Position numbers and translations under genes: made by a program
Shown: positions 8,420-17,963 of the stretch, in pieces
How positions within the stretch are numbered: the stretch's first letter is position 1
Layout: every line of letters begins with the position of its first letter
The notes under the pieces: generated by a model
What the model saw: only the letters and a program-made list of their open reading frames with translations
Databases searched by the model: none
Told to the model about the DNA's origin: nothing
Virus record (IMG/VR): IMGVR_UViG_2923519811_000002
Location: 32,001 to 96,000 of that record
Reading direction: 5' to 3' (one strand)
Origin: a virus
Taxonomy: Duplodnaviria > Caudoviricetes
Length of the DNA stretch: 64,000 bases

Positions 8420-8599
8420 ATGCTGCTTCTCACCCGTCGCGTAGGCGAAACCATCGAAATCGGTAACGACATCAAGATCACCGTGACCGGCATCAAGGGC
8501 AACCAGGTGCGCATTGGCATCACCGCACCGCCCAGCGTGGCCGTCCACCGCAAGGAGATCGCGGACCGCATCCGCGACGAGGTGAAGCTGGCCAGCTGA
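8420..8599 (+). CDS. csrA: Phage-encoded CsrA/RsmA-family regulator (59 aa, absent from the ORF track)
   Basis: [47 protein letters not shown]...; AAGGA RBS. Confidence 0.92.
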   Translation: MLLLTRRVGETIEIGNDIKITVTGIKGNQVRIGITAPPSVAVHRKEIADRIRDEVKLAS

Positions 8600-8621
8600 T
8601 CGGCCGGCGCCCGCCAACCAG

Positions 8622-8645
8622 AGCCCCGCACCAGCGGGGCTTTTC
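8622..8645 (+). terminator. Intrinsic terminator after csrA
   Basis: AGCCCCGC-acca-GCGGGGCT-TTT. Confidence 0.75.
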
Positions 8646-8742
8646 ACATCCGCCCCCAGTCGAGAGCACTCGCCCCCGCGCCCAACGGCAGACAGCGGGT
8701 CGGTCGAGTGCTGCCCACTGCAGGCGAGCACAGGAGAGCGAC

Positions 8743-9054
8743 ATGCGAATCAGCACCGCACAGGCAGCAGCCGAACAGCACGTTTTCGACCAACTGGAGC
8801 ACCGCGAGCCCGACGCGGTGGACGCCTTCGCGGCCCACTGCGACGACTCGCTGCCGAGCGAACAGACCCTGTCGCTGCTGCGCGCCGTGATCGAGACCGG
8901 CGACGCCGCCTGGATCCGCCTGATGGCCCGCATCAAGCCCGAAGCACCGGCCCTGCACTCGGCCCTGGCCGGGATCGTGGACCACATCGAAAAGCACCGT
9001 GCCCGGTTCATCGCCGAACAGGCCCAGCAACTGACCCATGGAGAAGCGGCATGA
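8743..9054 (+). CDS. Phage hypothetical protein
   Basis: 103 aa; AGGAG RBS; coupled to the next gene. Confidence 0.7.
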   Translation: MRISTAQAAAEQHVFDQLEHREPDAVDAFAAHCDDSLPSEQTLSLLRAVIETGDAAWIRLMARIKPEAPALHSALAGIVDHIEKHRARFIAEQAQQLTHGEAA

Positions 9055-9239
9055 AATACCAAGTCGACCTGATCTACTCGAAGGCCTCTCGCCAGCCCGT
9101 CTACAGCGCCACCCTGGAGGCGCCCAGCCAGAGCGTCGCGGTGGCAGAGGTCACGACCTGGGCCCGCCAGGAGGGCTGGAAGGGCGAGCCGATCCGCAAC
9201 AAGGTCCGCCCGGTCAACGACGTGGAGGACGCGGCATGA
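9051..9239 (+). CDS. Phage hypothetical protein
   Basis: 62 aa; ATGA overlaps on both sides. Confidence 0.65.
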   Translation: MKYQVDLIYSKASRQPVYSATLEAPSQSVAVAEVTTWARQEGWKGEPIRNKVRPVNDVEDAA

Positions 9240-9361
9240 AAAACATCCGCTTCCTCTCCCTGCGCGCCGCCATCGAAGCCCTGGCCATGATGGGCATCCG
9301 CACGCAAGCCGACTTAGCAGCAATCGGGCTGCAGCTGAAGGAGGTGGGCAATGGCAAATGA
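9236..9361 (+). CDS. Small hypothetical protein
   Basis: 41 aa (MKNIRFLSLR...); GGAGG RBS. Confidence 0.5.
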   Translation: MKNIRFLSLRAAIEALAMMGIRTQADLAAIGLQLKEVGNGK

Positions 9362-9821
9362 CCCGAGGGCTCGAACCCGAGGAAAGCTGGTCCCCAAGCC
9401 TCCCCTCCCCTACATCAGCCGCCGAGCATTGCGCCGGGTTCGCAACCCGCTGCCAGCCCCGACGCAGTGCCCGTACTGCGACGGCCCCGTCGAGCTGGTT
9501 GCCAACGAAGCAATCTACGGCCGCCCGTTTGGCGACTGGCCTTACGCCTACCACTGCGCTCCCTGCGGCGCGATGGTGGGCCTGCACCCAGAAACCGATA
9601 TCCCCCTTGGCACGCTGGCCAACCGCGACCTGCGCGAGGCAAGGGTCACCAACAAGCAACTCTTCCACCGGATCAAGGAGCAGATGGGGTTCACGCGGTC
9701 CAGGGCCTACCTCTGGCTTGCCCGGAAGATGGGGATCGACCCCAACGAGTGCCACTTCGGCTGGTTTGACATCGAGACCTGCAAGAAGGCCGGCGACATC
9801 TGCAGAAGGAACCTCAAATGA
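9351..9821 (+). CDS. Zinc-finger protein (DUF3268-like)
   Basis: CPYC...CxxC.A.VG.H, PLGTLA, AY.WLA..MGI...CH.G.FD. Confidence 0.75.
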   Translation: MANDPRARTRGKLVPKPPLPYISRRALRRVRNPLPAPTQCPYCDGPVELVANEAIYGRPFGDWPYAYHCAPCGAMVGLHPETDIPLGTLANRDLREARVTNKQLFHRIKEQMGFTRSRAYLWLARKMGIDPNECHFGWFDIETCKKAGDICRRNLK

Positions 9822-9964
9822 ACAGCCCTCAACGCGAGCGGCGCTTCGCCATCTGGCGTGGCGCCTTCGTCGCCATCCTCGCAATCGTCGGCTGGCTGTT
9901 CCTCAACGGCCTGGCAGACCGCATCGCCCCCACCAGTGCGCCGGCGGCGCAATCGAGCCGATAG
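9818..9964 (+). CDS. Small single-TM protein
   Basis: 48 aa with a hydrophobic core (AFVAILAIVGWLFL). Confidence 0.55.
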   Translation: MNSPQRERRFAIWRGAFVAILAIVGWLFLNGLADRIAPTSAPAAQSSR

Positions 9965-9973
9965 GAGCATCCC

Positions 9974-10726
9974 ATGGCACAGAGCAAGCAGAACCCCAAC
10001 ATGGCGCTCTGGGAGTCGGTCCAGACGACCGACACAAAGTACACCAAGACCGCGAATCTGGACGGTCGCACGGTCACCAGCATTAACGGCACCTACATCG
10101 CAATGCGCGCTACAGAGGTATTCGGGCCGGTCGGTAAGGGCTGGGGCTTCGACATCCTGGTTGACCGCATGGACCAGGGTGCGCCGATCCTCAACAAGGA
10201 AGGAGCTGTTATCGGCCACGAACTGATGCACACGATCCTGCTGAAGTTCTGGTACCTCCGGGGCGGCAAGAAGAACTACATCACCCAGTACGGGCACACA
10301 CCTTTCGTGCGCAAAAGCCAGTACGGCCCCTACACCGACTTCGACGCGCCCAAAAAGAGCGTCACCGACGCCATGAAGAAGTGCCTGTCTCTCGCCGGAT
10401 TCAGCGCAGACGTGCATCTGGGCATGTTCGACGACCAGACCTACCTGGAAGGTCTGGAACTGAAGAAGCGCCTGGAAGACGCAGGCGATCCCGAGTCGGC
10501 AATGGACGAGGTCAAGGAGGAGTTCAAAACCTGGCTCCGCTCCCAGCTCGAAGCGCTGAAGAGAGCCCCGAATCCCAGGGCCCTTGACCTCATGCGCAAG
10601 CAGATTGCCGAAAAGGCACGCGCCAAGGCATTGGTCGTCAAGTTCGACCCCGCTGACATCGAAGCACGCATCAACGAGGTTGCCGAAGAGCACCGGCTCA
10701 ACCTCGCCCCCACTACTCCGGCCTGA
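9974..10726 (+). CDS. Sak/Rad52-like single-strand annealing protein
   Basis: ATEVFGPVGKGWG, KKSVTDAMKK, GFSADV motifs. Confidence 0.75.
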   Translation: MAQSKQNPNMALWESVQTTDTKYTKTANLDGRTVTSINGTYIAMRATEVFGPVGKGWGFDILVDRMDQGAPILNKEGAVIGHELMHTILLKFWYLRGGKKNYITQYGHTPFVRKSQYGPYTDFDAPKKSVTDAMKKCLSLAGFSADVHLGMFDDQTYLEGLELKKRLEDAGDPESAMDEVKEEFKTWLRSQLEALKRAPNPRALDLMRKQIAEKARAKALVVKFDPADIEARINEVAEEHRLNLAPTTPA

Positions 10727-10740
10727 TTGGGAGAACCGTC

Positions 10741-11700
10741 ATGACCATCCTCAACAACGTTGACCTGGCGACAGGCACTGTCGAAGTCGCTGAATACAGC
10801 ACCACTGCCGCCGCTTTGGCGGCCCTGCGTGAAAAGTACTTCGTCCTTCCCGATGCCAACACCACCGAGGGCTACGAATTCATTCGCACCGGCATCAAGG
10901 AGCTGACGGGCTTGCGCACCAAGCTGGAGGAGGCTCGTAAGCGCGAGAAGGCGCCCTACCTCCAGGCCGGCCAGATCATCGACGCCGAGGCGAAGCGCAT
11001 CACTGCCGAGCTTGTGCAGCTGGAAGACCCGATGAAGGCAGCCAAGAAGGCAGTAGACGATCGCGTAGAGCGCGAGCGCCAGGAACGTGTCGCCCGCCTG
11101 CAGGTGAAAGTGGACGCCATCAAGTCAATGCCTGGCCTGGTCCGTGGCAAGTCCAGCGCCGAGATCAGCGACATGATCGACCGCTGCGGAGAGATCGACA
11201 CTTCGCACGACTTCTTTGACCTGACCAAGGAGGCAACCGCTGCGCAGCAGGCTGCCCTGGATGAACTGACCCAAATGCTGACCGACCGCCTCGCTTTCGA
11301 GGCCTCGGAAAAGCAGCGTGAGGAGCTGGAGGCACAACAAGCAGAGCTCCAGCGCAAGATGGACGAGCAACGCGCCGAGCTTGAGCGCCAGCGCCAGGAA
11401 CTGGAGCAGCAACGTCGAGAGCTGGCGGCCGCACGCGAGGCCACGGCGCCGGCCGAGGACGTCGAGAAGATCGAGCTGCTGCAGGAGTCCCCTCCCTGCA
11501 AGGGCTTCACCACCGCATCCAGCTGGCGCGCCCGCGTCACCGATAAGTCCGCGCTGATCGCCGCGATCGCTGCCGGCTACGGCACCGAAGATCTGCTGAT
11601 CATCGACCAGGCCGCACTCGATAGCCTGGCCAACGACAAAGGCCCCAGCCTCCAACTGGCCGGCGTCACCGTCGAGAAGATCCCGGCGAAAGCCGCCTGA
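10741..11700 (+). CDS. Coiled-coil phage protein
   Basis: 319 aa, long E/Q/R-rich helices. Confidence 0.75.
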   Translation: MTILNNVDLATGTVEVAEYSTTAAALAALREKYFVLPDANTTEGYEFIRTGIKELTGLRTKLEEARKREKAPYLQAGQIIDAEAKRITAELVQLEDPMKAAKKAVDDRVERERQERVARLQVKVDAIKSMPGLVRGKSSAEISDMIDRCGEIDTSHDFFDLTKEATAAQQAALDELTQMLTDRLAFEASEKQREELEAQQAELQRKMDEQRAELERQRQELEQQRRELAAAREATAPAEDVEKIELLQESPPCKGFTTASSWRARVTDKSALIAAIAAGYGTEDLLIIDQAALDSLANDKGPSLQLAGVTVEKIPAKAA

Positions 11701-11780
11701 CCCACCCTCCTCCCTCCAAACCATGGCCCTAAGCGGCGCCACACGGTGCCGCTGACGGCCTCCCCATGCCGAGAGAAACC

Positions 11781-12431
11781 ATGACCGCACTTCAGCTGCT
11801 CTACACCTTCGACACCGAAACCACCGGCTTCCCCGACTGGAAATCGCCCAGCGAGGCGCCGCACCAGCCGCACCTGGTGGACATCGCTGCACGCCTCTAC
11901 ACCCCGGAGGGCGGCCTGGTCGACTCCTTTGAGGCCCTCATCAGACCCGATGGCTGGGTGATCCCCGATGCAGCAGCGAACGTGCACGGCATCACCACCG
12001 AACGCGCCATGGATGAAGGCATTCCCGAAGCGGATGCCCTCGAACAGTTCCTGACCTTCCATCTCCGCGCGCAGATGCGGGTCGCGCACAACCTCAGCTT
12101 CGACGACCGCATCCTCCGGATCGCGCTGAAGCGCTACCAGGGTGACGAAGCGGCCGACTCGTTCGCCAATGGCCCCAGCTACTGCACCATGCGCAACAGC
12201 ACCGACATCGTGCGCATCCCGCCCACCCCGGCCATGCGCGCCGCCAAGCGCTTCCACTTCAAGAGCCCGAGCCTGGGTGAGGCCTACACGCATTTCTTCC
12301 AGGAGGAGATGACCGGCGCCCACCGCGCCATGGCGGATGCCGCCGCTTGCGCCCGCGTCTACTTCGCCCTGCAGGGCGTGACGCTGGATGCCCCGCAGGC
12401 AGAGGCTCCAGCCCAACCGGTGGAGGCGTAG
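11781..12431 (+). CDS. DnaQ-like DEDDh 3'-5' exonuclease
   Basis: FDTETTG, VHGIT, VAHN..FD, AHRA..D. Confidence 0.9.
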   Translation: MTALQLLYTFDTETTGFPDWKSPSEAPHQPHLVDIAARLYTPEGGLVDSFEALIRPDGWVIPDAAANVHGITTERAMDEGIPEADALEQFLTFHLRAQMRVAHNLSFDDRILRIALKRYQGDEAADSFANGPSYCTMRNSTDIVRIPPTPAMRAAKRFHFKSPSLGEAYTHFFQEEMTGAHRAMADAAACARVYFALQGVTLDAPQAEAPAQPVEA

Positions 12432-12434
12432 GCC

Positions 12435-12893
12435 ATGGCACGCGGTGTCAACAAGGTGATCCTCGTCGGCAACGTCGGCGGCGACCCGGAAGTTCGCTAC
12501 ATGCCGAACGGCAACGCTGTCACCACCCTCAACCTCGCCACCGGCGACGTGTGGAAGGACAAGCAGACCGGCCAGCAGAAGGAGCGCACCGAGTGGCACC
12601 GCGTGGTGTTCTTCGGCCGCCTCGCCGAGATCGCTGGCGAATACCTGCGCAAGGGCTCCCAGGTCTACGTCGAAGGCAGCCTGCGCACCCGCAAATGGCA
12701 GGGTCAGGACGGCCAGGACCGCTACACCACCGAAGTCGTCGTGGACATCACCGGCCAGATGCAGCTGCTCGGCAGCCGGCCGGAGGGCAGCGAGACGCGG
12801 CGCCCGCCGCGTGAACAGACCCGGCCAACGACCCACCACCCGCAGCAACCGGCGCCGGACTACGACAGCTTCGACGACGACATCCCCTTCTGA
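12435..12893 (+). CDS. ssb: Single-stranded DNA-binding protein
   Basis: [13 protein letters not shown]...TEWHRVV...DDDIPF. Confidence 0.97.
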   Translation: MARGVNKVILVGNVGGDPEVRYMPNGNAVTTLNLATGDVWKDKQTGQQKERTEWHRVVFFGRLAEIAGEYLRKGSQVYVEGSLRTRKWQGQDGQDRYTTEVVVDITGQMQLLGSRPEGSETRRPPREQTRPTTHHPQQPAPDYDSFDDDIPF

Positions 12894-12914
12894 CGACCCC
12901 GGGAGACCCATCCA

Positions 12915-13835
12915 ATGTGGTTTCGCAACCTGCTGATCTACCGCCTCACCCAAGACGTCCCCTTCGACCCCCAGGCTCTGGAGGCAGCCCTTGCCAGCAA
13001 GCCGGCGCGCGCCTGTGAAAGCCAGGAGTGGACGACCTTCGGCTTCGCGCCGCCCCTGGGAAAGGGCACCGACGCCCTGGTCCAAGCCAGTGCCGGCTTC
13101 CTGCTGATCTGCGTCCGGCGAGAAGAGCGCATCCTGCCCACCTCCGTAATCAACGAGGAGCTGCGCAAGAAGGTCGACGCGATCGAGGAAAGCCAGCAGC
13201 GCAAGGTCTACAAAAAGGAACGCGACCTGCTGAAGGACGAGATCGTCCAGACCCTGCTGCCCCGTGCCTTCACGCGCAAGTCGGCCACCTACGCGGCGAT
13301 CGCGCCGGCCGAGGGCCTGGTCCTGGTGGACCACACCAGCCCGAAGCGGGCCGAGGACCTGCTCTCGACGCTGCGCGAGGCACTCGGCTCCCTTCCCGTC
13401 CGCCCGGTGTCCGTGAAGGTGGCGGCCACCGCCACCCTCACCGACTGGGTGCGCAACCAGAAGGCCGGGACCGACTTCTGGCTCAGCGACGATGCGCTGC
13501 TGCGCGACACCGACGAGGTCGGCAGCATCAACGTCAAGCACCAGGACCTGACCAGCGACGAGATCCAGCTGCACATCTCCTCCGGCAAGGCCGTCACCCG
13601 CCTGTCCCTCGCCTGGAAGGACAAGCTCTCCTTCGTCCTCGATGAGGGCCTGGTCATTCGCAAGCTCCGCTTCGACGACCTCCTGCAGGAGAAGGCACTC
13701 GACGACGCGGGCAAGGACGCCGACGCCCTGTCCCAGCAGATAGCCAGCTTCACGCTGATGATGCTGACCCTCCGCGAATTCATCCCCGCCCTCCTCGACG
13801 CCCTGGGCGGTGAGGAAGTGCCCACCGGCATCTGA
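12915..13835 (+). CDS. rdgC: Recombination-associated protein RdgC
   Basis: [27 protein letters not shown]. Confidence 0.93.
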   Translation: MWFRNLLIYRLTQDVPFDPQALEAALASKPARACESQEWTTFGFAPPLGKGTDALVQASAGFLLICVRREERILPTSVINEELRKKVDAIEESQQRKVYKKERDLLKDEIVQTLLPRAFTRKSATYAAIAPAEGLVLVDHTSPKRAEDLLSTLREALGSLPVRPVSVKVAATATLTDWVRNQKAGTDFWLSDDALLRDTDEVGSINVKHQDLTSDEIQLHISSGKAVTRLSLAWKDKLSFVLDEGLVIRKLRFDDLLQEKALDDAGKDADALSQQIASFTLMMLTLREFIPALLDALGGEEVPTGI

Positions 13836-13849
13836 GCCAGGAGCAGACC

Positions 13850-15097
13850 ATGCCCATCATCAACGGCATCATCCACCACATCGACAAGAAGCCCGACGGT
13901 AGCCCCTCCGTGCTGCATCTGGCCGAAACCCCGCTGGGCCCGACTGAAGCCGCCAGCAACCTGCTCACCGACCTGAACGAGGCCTACAACGCCAAGCCCG
14001 GCAAGGCCTGGGGTCTGTTCCACGAGGAGTCCGGCGCCTACCCGCTGAGCAGATGGCTGAAGGAGTACCTGGTCGGTGGCCGTGACTTCACCGAATTCAG
14101 CCGCGACGCGGCCGAGCACCTCCAGCGCCTGCTGGAAGAGGCGAACCTGGCCACCGGCGGCCACCTCTTCATCGCCCACTACCAGCAGGGCATGACCGAC
14201 TACCTGCAGGTGGCGGTGCTCCGCTACACCGAGGCCGTGGCCATCGACGCATCGCTGCAGGCGGTACCCGTGCGCTACCTGGACCTGAGCCAGCTCCACA
14301 TGGCAGCGCGGATCAACCTGTCGGAGTGGCGCAACAACCCGAAGTCCCGCCAGTACATCTCCTTCATCAAGGCGAAGACCGGACGCAAGGCCACCGACTA
14401 CTTCCGCGACTTCATCGGCTGCCAGGAAGGCGTCGACGCCCCGGGCGAGACCCGCACCCTGCTCAAGGCCTTCAGCGACTTCGTCGAGCAGGGAGACCTG
14501 GCCGAAGAACAGGCCCGCGAGAAGACCAAGACCCTGGTGGACTACGCCACCACCCAGGCCAAGCTGGGGAGCGCGATCACCTTGGAGGAGCTGTCTGGCC
14601 TGATCGACGAGGACCAGCCCCGGGCCTTCTTCGAGTTCATCCGTAACCGGGACTACGGCCTGTCGCCCGAGATCCCGCCGGACAAGCGCACCCTGAACCA
14701 GTTCAAGCGCTTCACCGGCCGCGCCGAAGGGCTCTCGATCAGCTTCGAGGCGCGCTTGCTGGGCTCGTCGGTGGAGTTCGACCAGGGCCGCGACGTGCTG
14801 GTGATCCGCAACCTGCCGACCCAGTTGAAAACTCAGCTGCGCAAGGCGGCACCTGACGCACAGTCAGAGCAGCACAGCGCCGAATTGGACTCCTACGCAG
14901 GCGTAGGTGACGACCCGCTGCTGAATGAGGCGATCGACTTCGTCCGCGAGACCCGTCGCGCCTCGATCTCGGCCGTGCAACGCAAGCTCGCCATCGGCTA
15001 CAACCGAGCGGCACGCCTCATCGAGGACATGGAACGCCTGAAGGTGATCAGCCCCATAAGAACCGACGGCTTCCGTGAGGTGCTGGCCCATGCATAG
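13850..15097 (+). CDS. YejK/NdpA nucleoid-associated protein fused to an FtsK gamma-like domain
   Basis: [26 protein letters not shown]; C-terminal [22 protein letters not shown]. Confidence 0.85.
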   Translation: MPIINGIIHHIDKKPDGSPSVLHLAETPLGPTEAASNLLTDLNEAYNAKPGKAWGLFHEESGAYPLSRWLKEYLVGGRDFTEFSRDAAEHLQRLLEEANLATGGHLFIAHYQQGMTDYLQVAVLRYTEAVAIDASLQAVPVRYLDLSQLHMAARINLSEWRNNPKSRQYISFIKAKTGRKATDYFRDFIGCQEGVDAPGETRTLLKAFSDFVEQGDLAEEQAREKTKTLVDYATTQAKLGSAITLEELSGLIDEDQPRAFFEFIRNRDYGLSPEIPPDKRTLNQFKRFTGRAEGLSISFEARLLGSSVEFDQGRDVLVIRNLPTQLKTQLRKAAPDAQSEQHSAELDSYAGVGDDPLLNEAIDFVRETRRASISAVQRKLAIGYNRAARLIEDMERLKVISPIRTDGFREVLAHA

Positions 15098-15305
15098 CCG
15101 CCATTGCCAACCTGCCCCGCTGAGCGTGGACCCGATCAAGCACCCTCGGCGTGCCGCCGAACAGCACGAGCGCCAGCAGGCCGAGCGCGCACAGGCCCTG
15201 TTCAACGCTCGCCTCGCACCTGAGCAGATCCGCCGGCGCCTGCGCATGGGGCCGGTGACCTTCGAGCAGTTCGTGGCCCGCAACGGGCTCCGCGCCAAGG
15301 CGTGA
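15090..15305 (+). CDS. Small hypothetical protein
   Basis: 71 aa, overlaps the upstream stop. Confidence 0.5.
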   Translation: MHSRHCQPAPLSVDPIKHPRRAAEQHERQQAERAQALFNARLAPEQIRRRLRMGPVTFEQFVARNGLRAKA

Positions 15306-15413
15306 ACGCTCCCGCATGACCCTGGCCGCCCATGCGGCGGCCTCCTCCCTTCCTTTATCGCGCCGCGTCGGCGGCTCTGGCGTGCGTGCACGCCCATGAG
15401 ACTGGGGACCCCC

Positions 15414-17963
15414 ATGAACTACAACGACTTCCTGAAGCGCAAGGTATGCGTAGCCCCTTCGCTTGGCTTCGAGGTCGACCAGGCCCTGGTCAACCCTCGC
15501 ATGAAGCCGCACTGCCAGGCGATCGTGCCCTGGCTCCTGGCTGGCGGGCGGCGCGCGCTGTTCGCGTCCTTCGGCCTGCACAAGACGGTGATCCAGCTCG
15601 AAGCGGTTCGCCTGGCGGCCGAGCACGCTGGAGGCCGCGGCCTGATCACCATCCCTCTCGGCGTGCGCCAGGAATTCCGCCGCGACGCTGTCGAGCGCCT
15701 GGGATGGGCAGAGCCGCCGCGCTTTATCCGCAGCATCGAGGAAGCCGACGCCACCGGCGTCTACCTGACCAACTACGAGACCGTGCGCGACGGCAAGCTG
15801 GACCCCCGCCACTTCGTGGCCACCAGCCTTGACGAAGCGGATTGCCTGCGCGGCTTCGGCGGCAGCAAGACGTTCCGCGAGTTCATGCGCCTGTTCGCTG
15901 GCGACGATCGCCAGGCAGGCGTTCGCACCGAGGGCGTCCGGTACCGGTTCGTGGCCACCGCCACGCCGTCACCCAACGACTACATCGAGCTACTTGCCTA
16001 TGCCGCCTACCTGGGCGTGATGGACGTCGGCGCCGCCAAGACTCGCTTCTTCAAGCGCAACAGCGAGAAGGCCGACCAGCTCACCATCCACCCGCACAAG
16101 GAGGAGGAGTTCTGGCTGTGGGTCGCCAGCTGGGCGCTGTTCATCCAGAAGCCCAGCGATCTCGGTTTCAGCGATGACGGGTACCAGTTGCCGGAGCTGG
16201 ACCTGCACTGGCACGAGCTGCCCAGTGATCACAGCCAGGCCGGTACCGAGAAGGATGGCCAGGGGCGCCTGTTCCGCAACGCGGCGATCGGCGTACAGGA
16301 CGCATCCAAGGTGAAGCGCGACAGCCTGCCGGATCGAATCGAGCGCCTGCAGCAGATCCGCGCCGAGGCGCCGGCCGCCCACCGGATCATCTGGCACGAC
16401 CTTGAAGCAGAGCGCCACGCCATCGAGGCCGCGATCCCGGGCGTCGTCAGCGTCTACGGCTCCCAGGTCCTGGACGAGCGCGAGCAGCTGATCGTCGACT
16501 TCAGCGACGGAAAATTCCCCGAGCTGGCCGCCAAGCCCGTCATCGCCGGCGCCGGCTGCAACTTCCAGCGGCACTGCCACCAGGCCGTCTTCCTCGGCAT
16601 CGGCTTCAAGTTCCGCGACTTCATCCAGGCCGTGCACCGTATCCAGCGGTTCGGCCAGCAGCACCGCGTGCGCATCGACCTCATCTACACCGAGGCCGAG
16701 CGCGACATCCGCCGCCAGCTCGAACGCAAGTGGCAGCAGCACAACCTGCAGGCAGAACGTATGACCAAGATCATCCGCGACTTCGGCCTGGCGCATGCCG
16801 CCATGGCCCAGCAGTTGGCCCGCTCTCTCGGCGTCGAGCGCGTCGAGGCGAAGGGCGAGCACTACACCGTGGTGAACAACGACTGTGTGCTGGAGACCCA
16901 GCGCATGCAGAGCGACAGCGTGCACCTGGTCCTGACCAGCATCCCCTTCGGCAACCAGTACGAGTACTCGCCCAGCTACAACGACTTCGGCCACACCGAC
17001 GACAGCGAGCACTTCTGGTCCCAGATGGACTACCTGATCCCCGAGCTGTACCGAGTACTTCAACCCGGGCGCGTCGCCGCGATCCACGTGAAGGACAGGA
17101 TCACCCCCAGCGGGATCTCGGGCATGGGCTTCCAGGTGGTGCAGCCCTTCAGCGATGAGTGCGTGGCCGCCTTCCGCAAGCACGGCTTCGGCTTCCTGGC
17201 ACGCAAGACCATCGTCACCGACGTGGTGCGCGAGAACGCGCAGACCTATCGCCTGGGCTGGACCGAGCAGTGCAAGGACGGCAGCCGCCAGGGCGCGGGC
17301 ATGCCGGAGTACCTGCTGATCTTCCGCAAGCCCCCGACCGACCGCAGCAACGGCTACGCCGACGTGCCCGTGGTGAAGAGCAAGGAGGCGTATACGCGCC
17401 CGCGCTGGCAGTTCGACGCCCACGGGTTCACCCGCTCCAGCGGCAACCGCCCGCTGATGCCGCAGGATCTCGACGGCCTGGACCAGGCCGCGATCTTCCA
17501 GCGCTTCAAGGCCCACAGCCTGCAGGAGGTCTACGACTTCCGCCACGACGTGACCATCGCCGAGCACGTGGCCGACTCCGGCTGGCTGCCCAGCAGCTTC
17601 ATGCTCCTGCAACCGCAGAGCTGGCATCCCGATGTCTGGACCGACATCACTCGAATGCTGACGCTGAACAGCACTCAGGCCGCCAAGGGCCGCGAGCAGC
17701 ACATCTGCCCGCTCCAGTTCGACATCGTCGACCGCGCGATCGAGCAGTACACGATGCGCGGCGAAGTGGTCTACGACCCCTTCGGCGGCATCGGCACCAC
17801 CCCCTACCGCGCCGTAAAGCTCGGCCGCTATGGCCGCGCCTGCGAGCTGTCCCCGGCCTACTTCCTGGACATGGCGGCCTACTGCGCCGCGATCTCTCGG
17901 GAAATGGCCATGCCTGACCTCTTCTCTTTCCTCGACGCTGAGCAGAAGGAATCCGCTGCATGA
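15414..17963 (+). CDS. SNF2-like helicase fused to an N4/N6 DNA methyltransferase
   Basis: Degenerate Walker A FGLHKT, LDEA, TATP, Q..HRIQRFG; TSIPF, HICPLQ, DPFGGIGTT. Confidence 0.85.
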   Translation: MNYNDFLKRKVCVAPSLGFEVDQALVNPRMKPHCQAIVPWLLAGGRRALFASFGLHKTVIQLEAVRLAAEHAGGRGLITIPLGVRQEFRRDAVERLGWAEPPRFIRSIEEADATGVYLTNYETVRDGKLDPRHFVATSLDEADCLRGFGGSKTFREFMRLFAGDDRQAGVRTEGVRYRFVATATPSPNDYIELLAYAAYLGVMDVGAAKTRFFKRNSEKADQLTIHPHKEEEFWLWVASWALFIQKPSDLGFSDDGYQLPELDLHWHELPSDHSQAGTEKDGQGRLFRNAAIGVQDASKVKRDSLPDRIERLQQIRAEAPAAHRIIWHDLEAERHAIEAAIPGVVSVYGSQVLDEREQLIVDFSDGKFPELAAKPVIAGAGCNFQRHCHQAVFLGIGFKFRDFIQAVHRIQRFGQQHRVRIDLIYTEAERDIRRQLERKWQQHNLQAERMTKIIRDFGLAHAAMAQQLARSLGVERVEAKGEHYTVVNNDCVLETQRMQSDSVHLVLTSIPFGNQYEYSPSYNDFGHTDDSEHFWSQMDYLIPELYRVLQPGRVAAIHVKDRITPSGISGMGFQVVQPFSDECVAAFRKHGFGFLARKTIVTDVVRENAQTYRLGWTEQCKDGSRQGAGMPEYLLIFRKPPTDRSNGYADVPVVKSKEAYTRPRWQFDAHGFTRSSGNRPLMPQDLDGLDQAAIFQRFKAHSLQEVYDFRHDVTIAEHVADSGWLPSSFMLLQPQSWHPDVWTDITRMLTLNSTQAAKGREQHICPLQFDIVDRAIEQYTMRGEVVYDPFGGIGTTPYRAVKLGRYGRACELSPAYFLDMAAYCAAISREMAMPDLFSFLDAEQKESAA

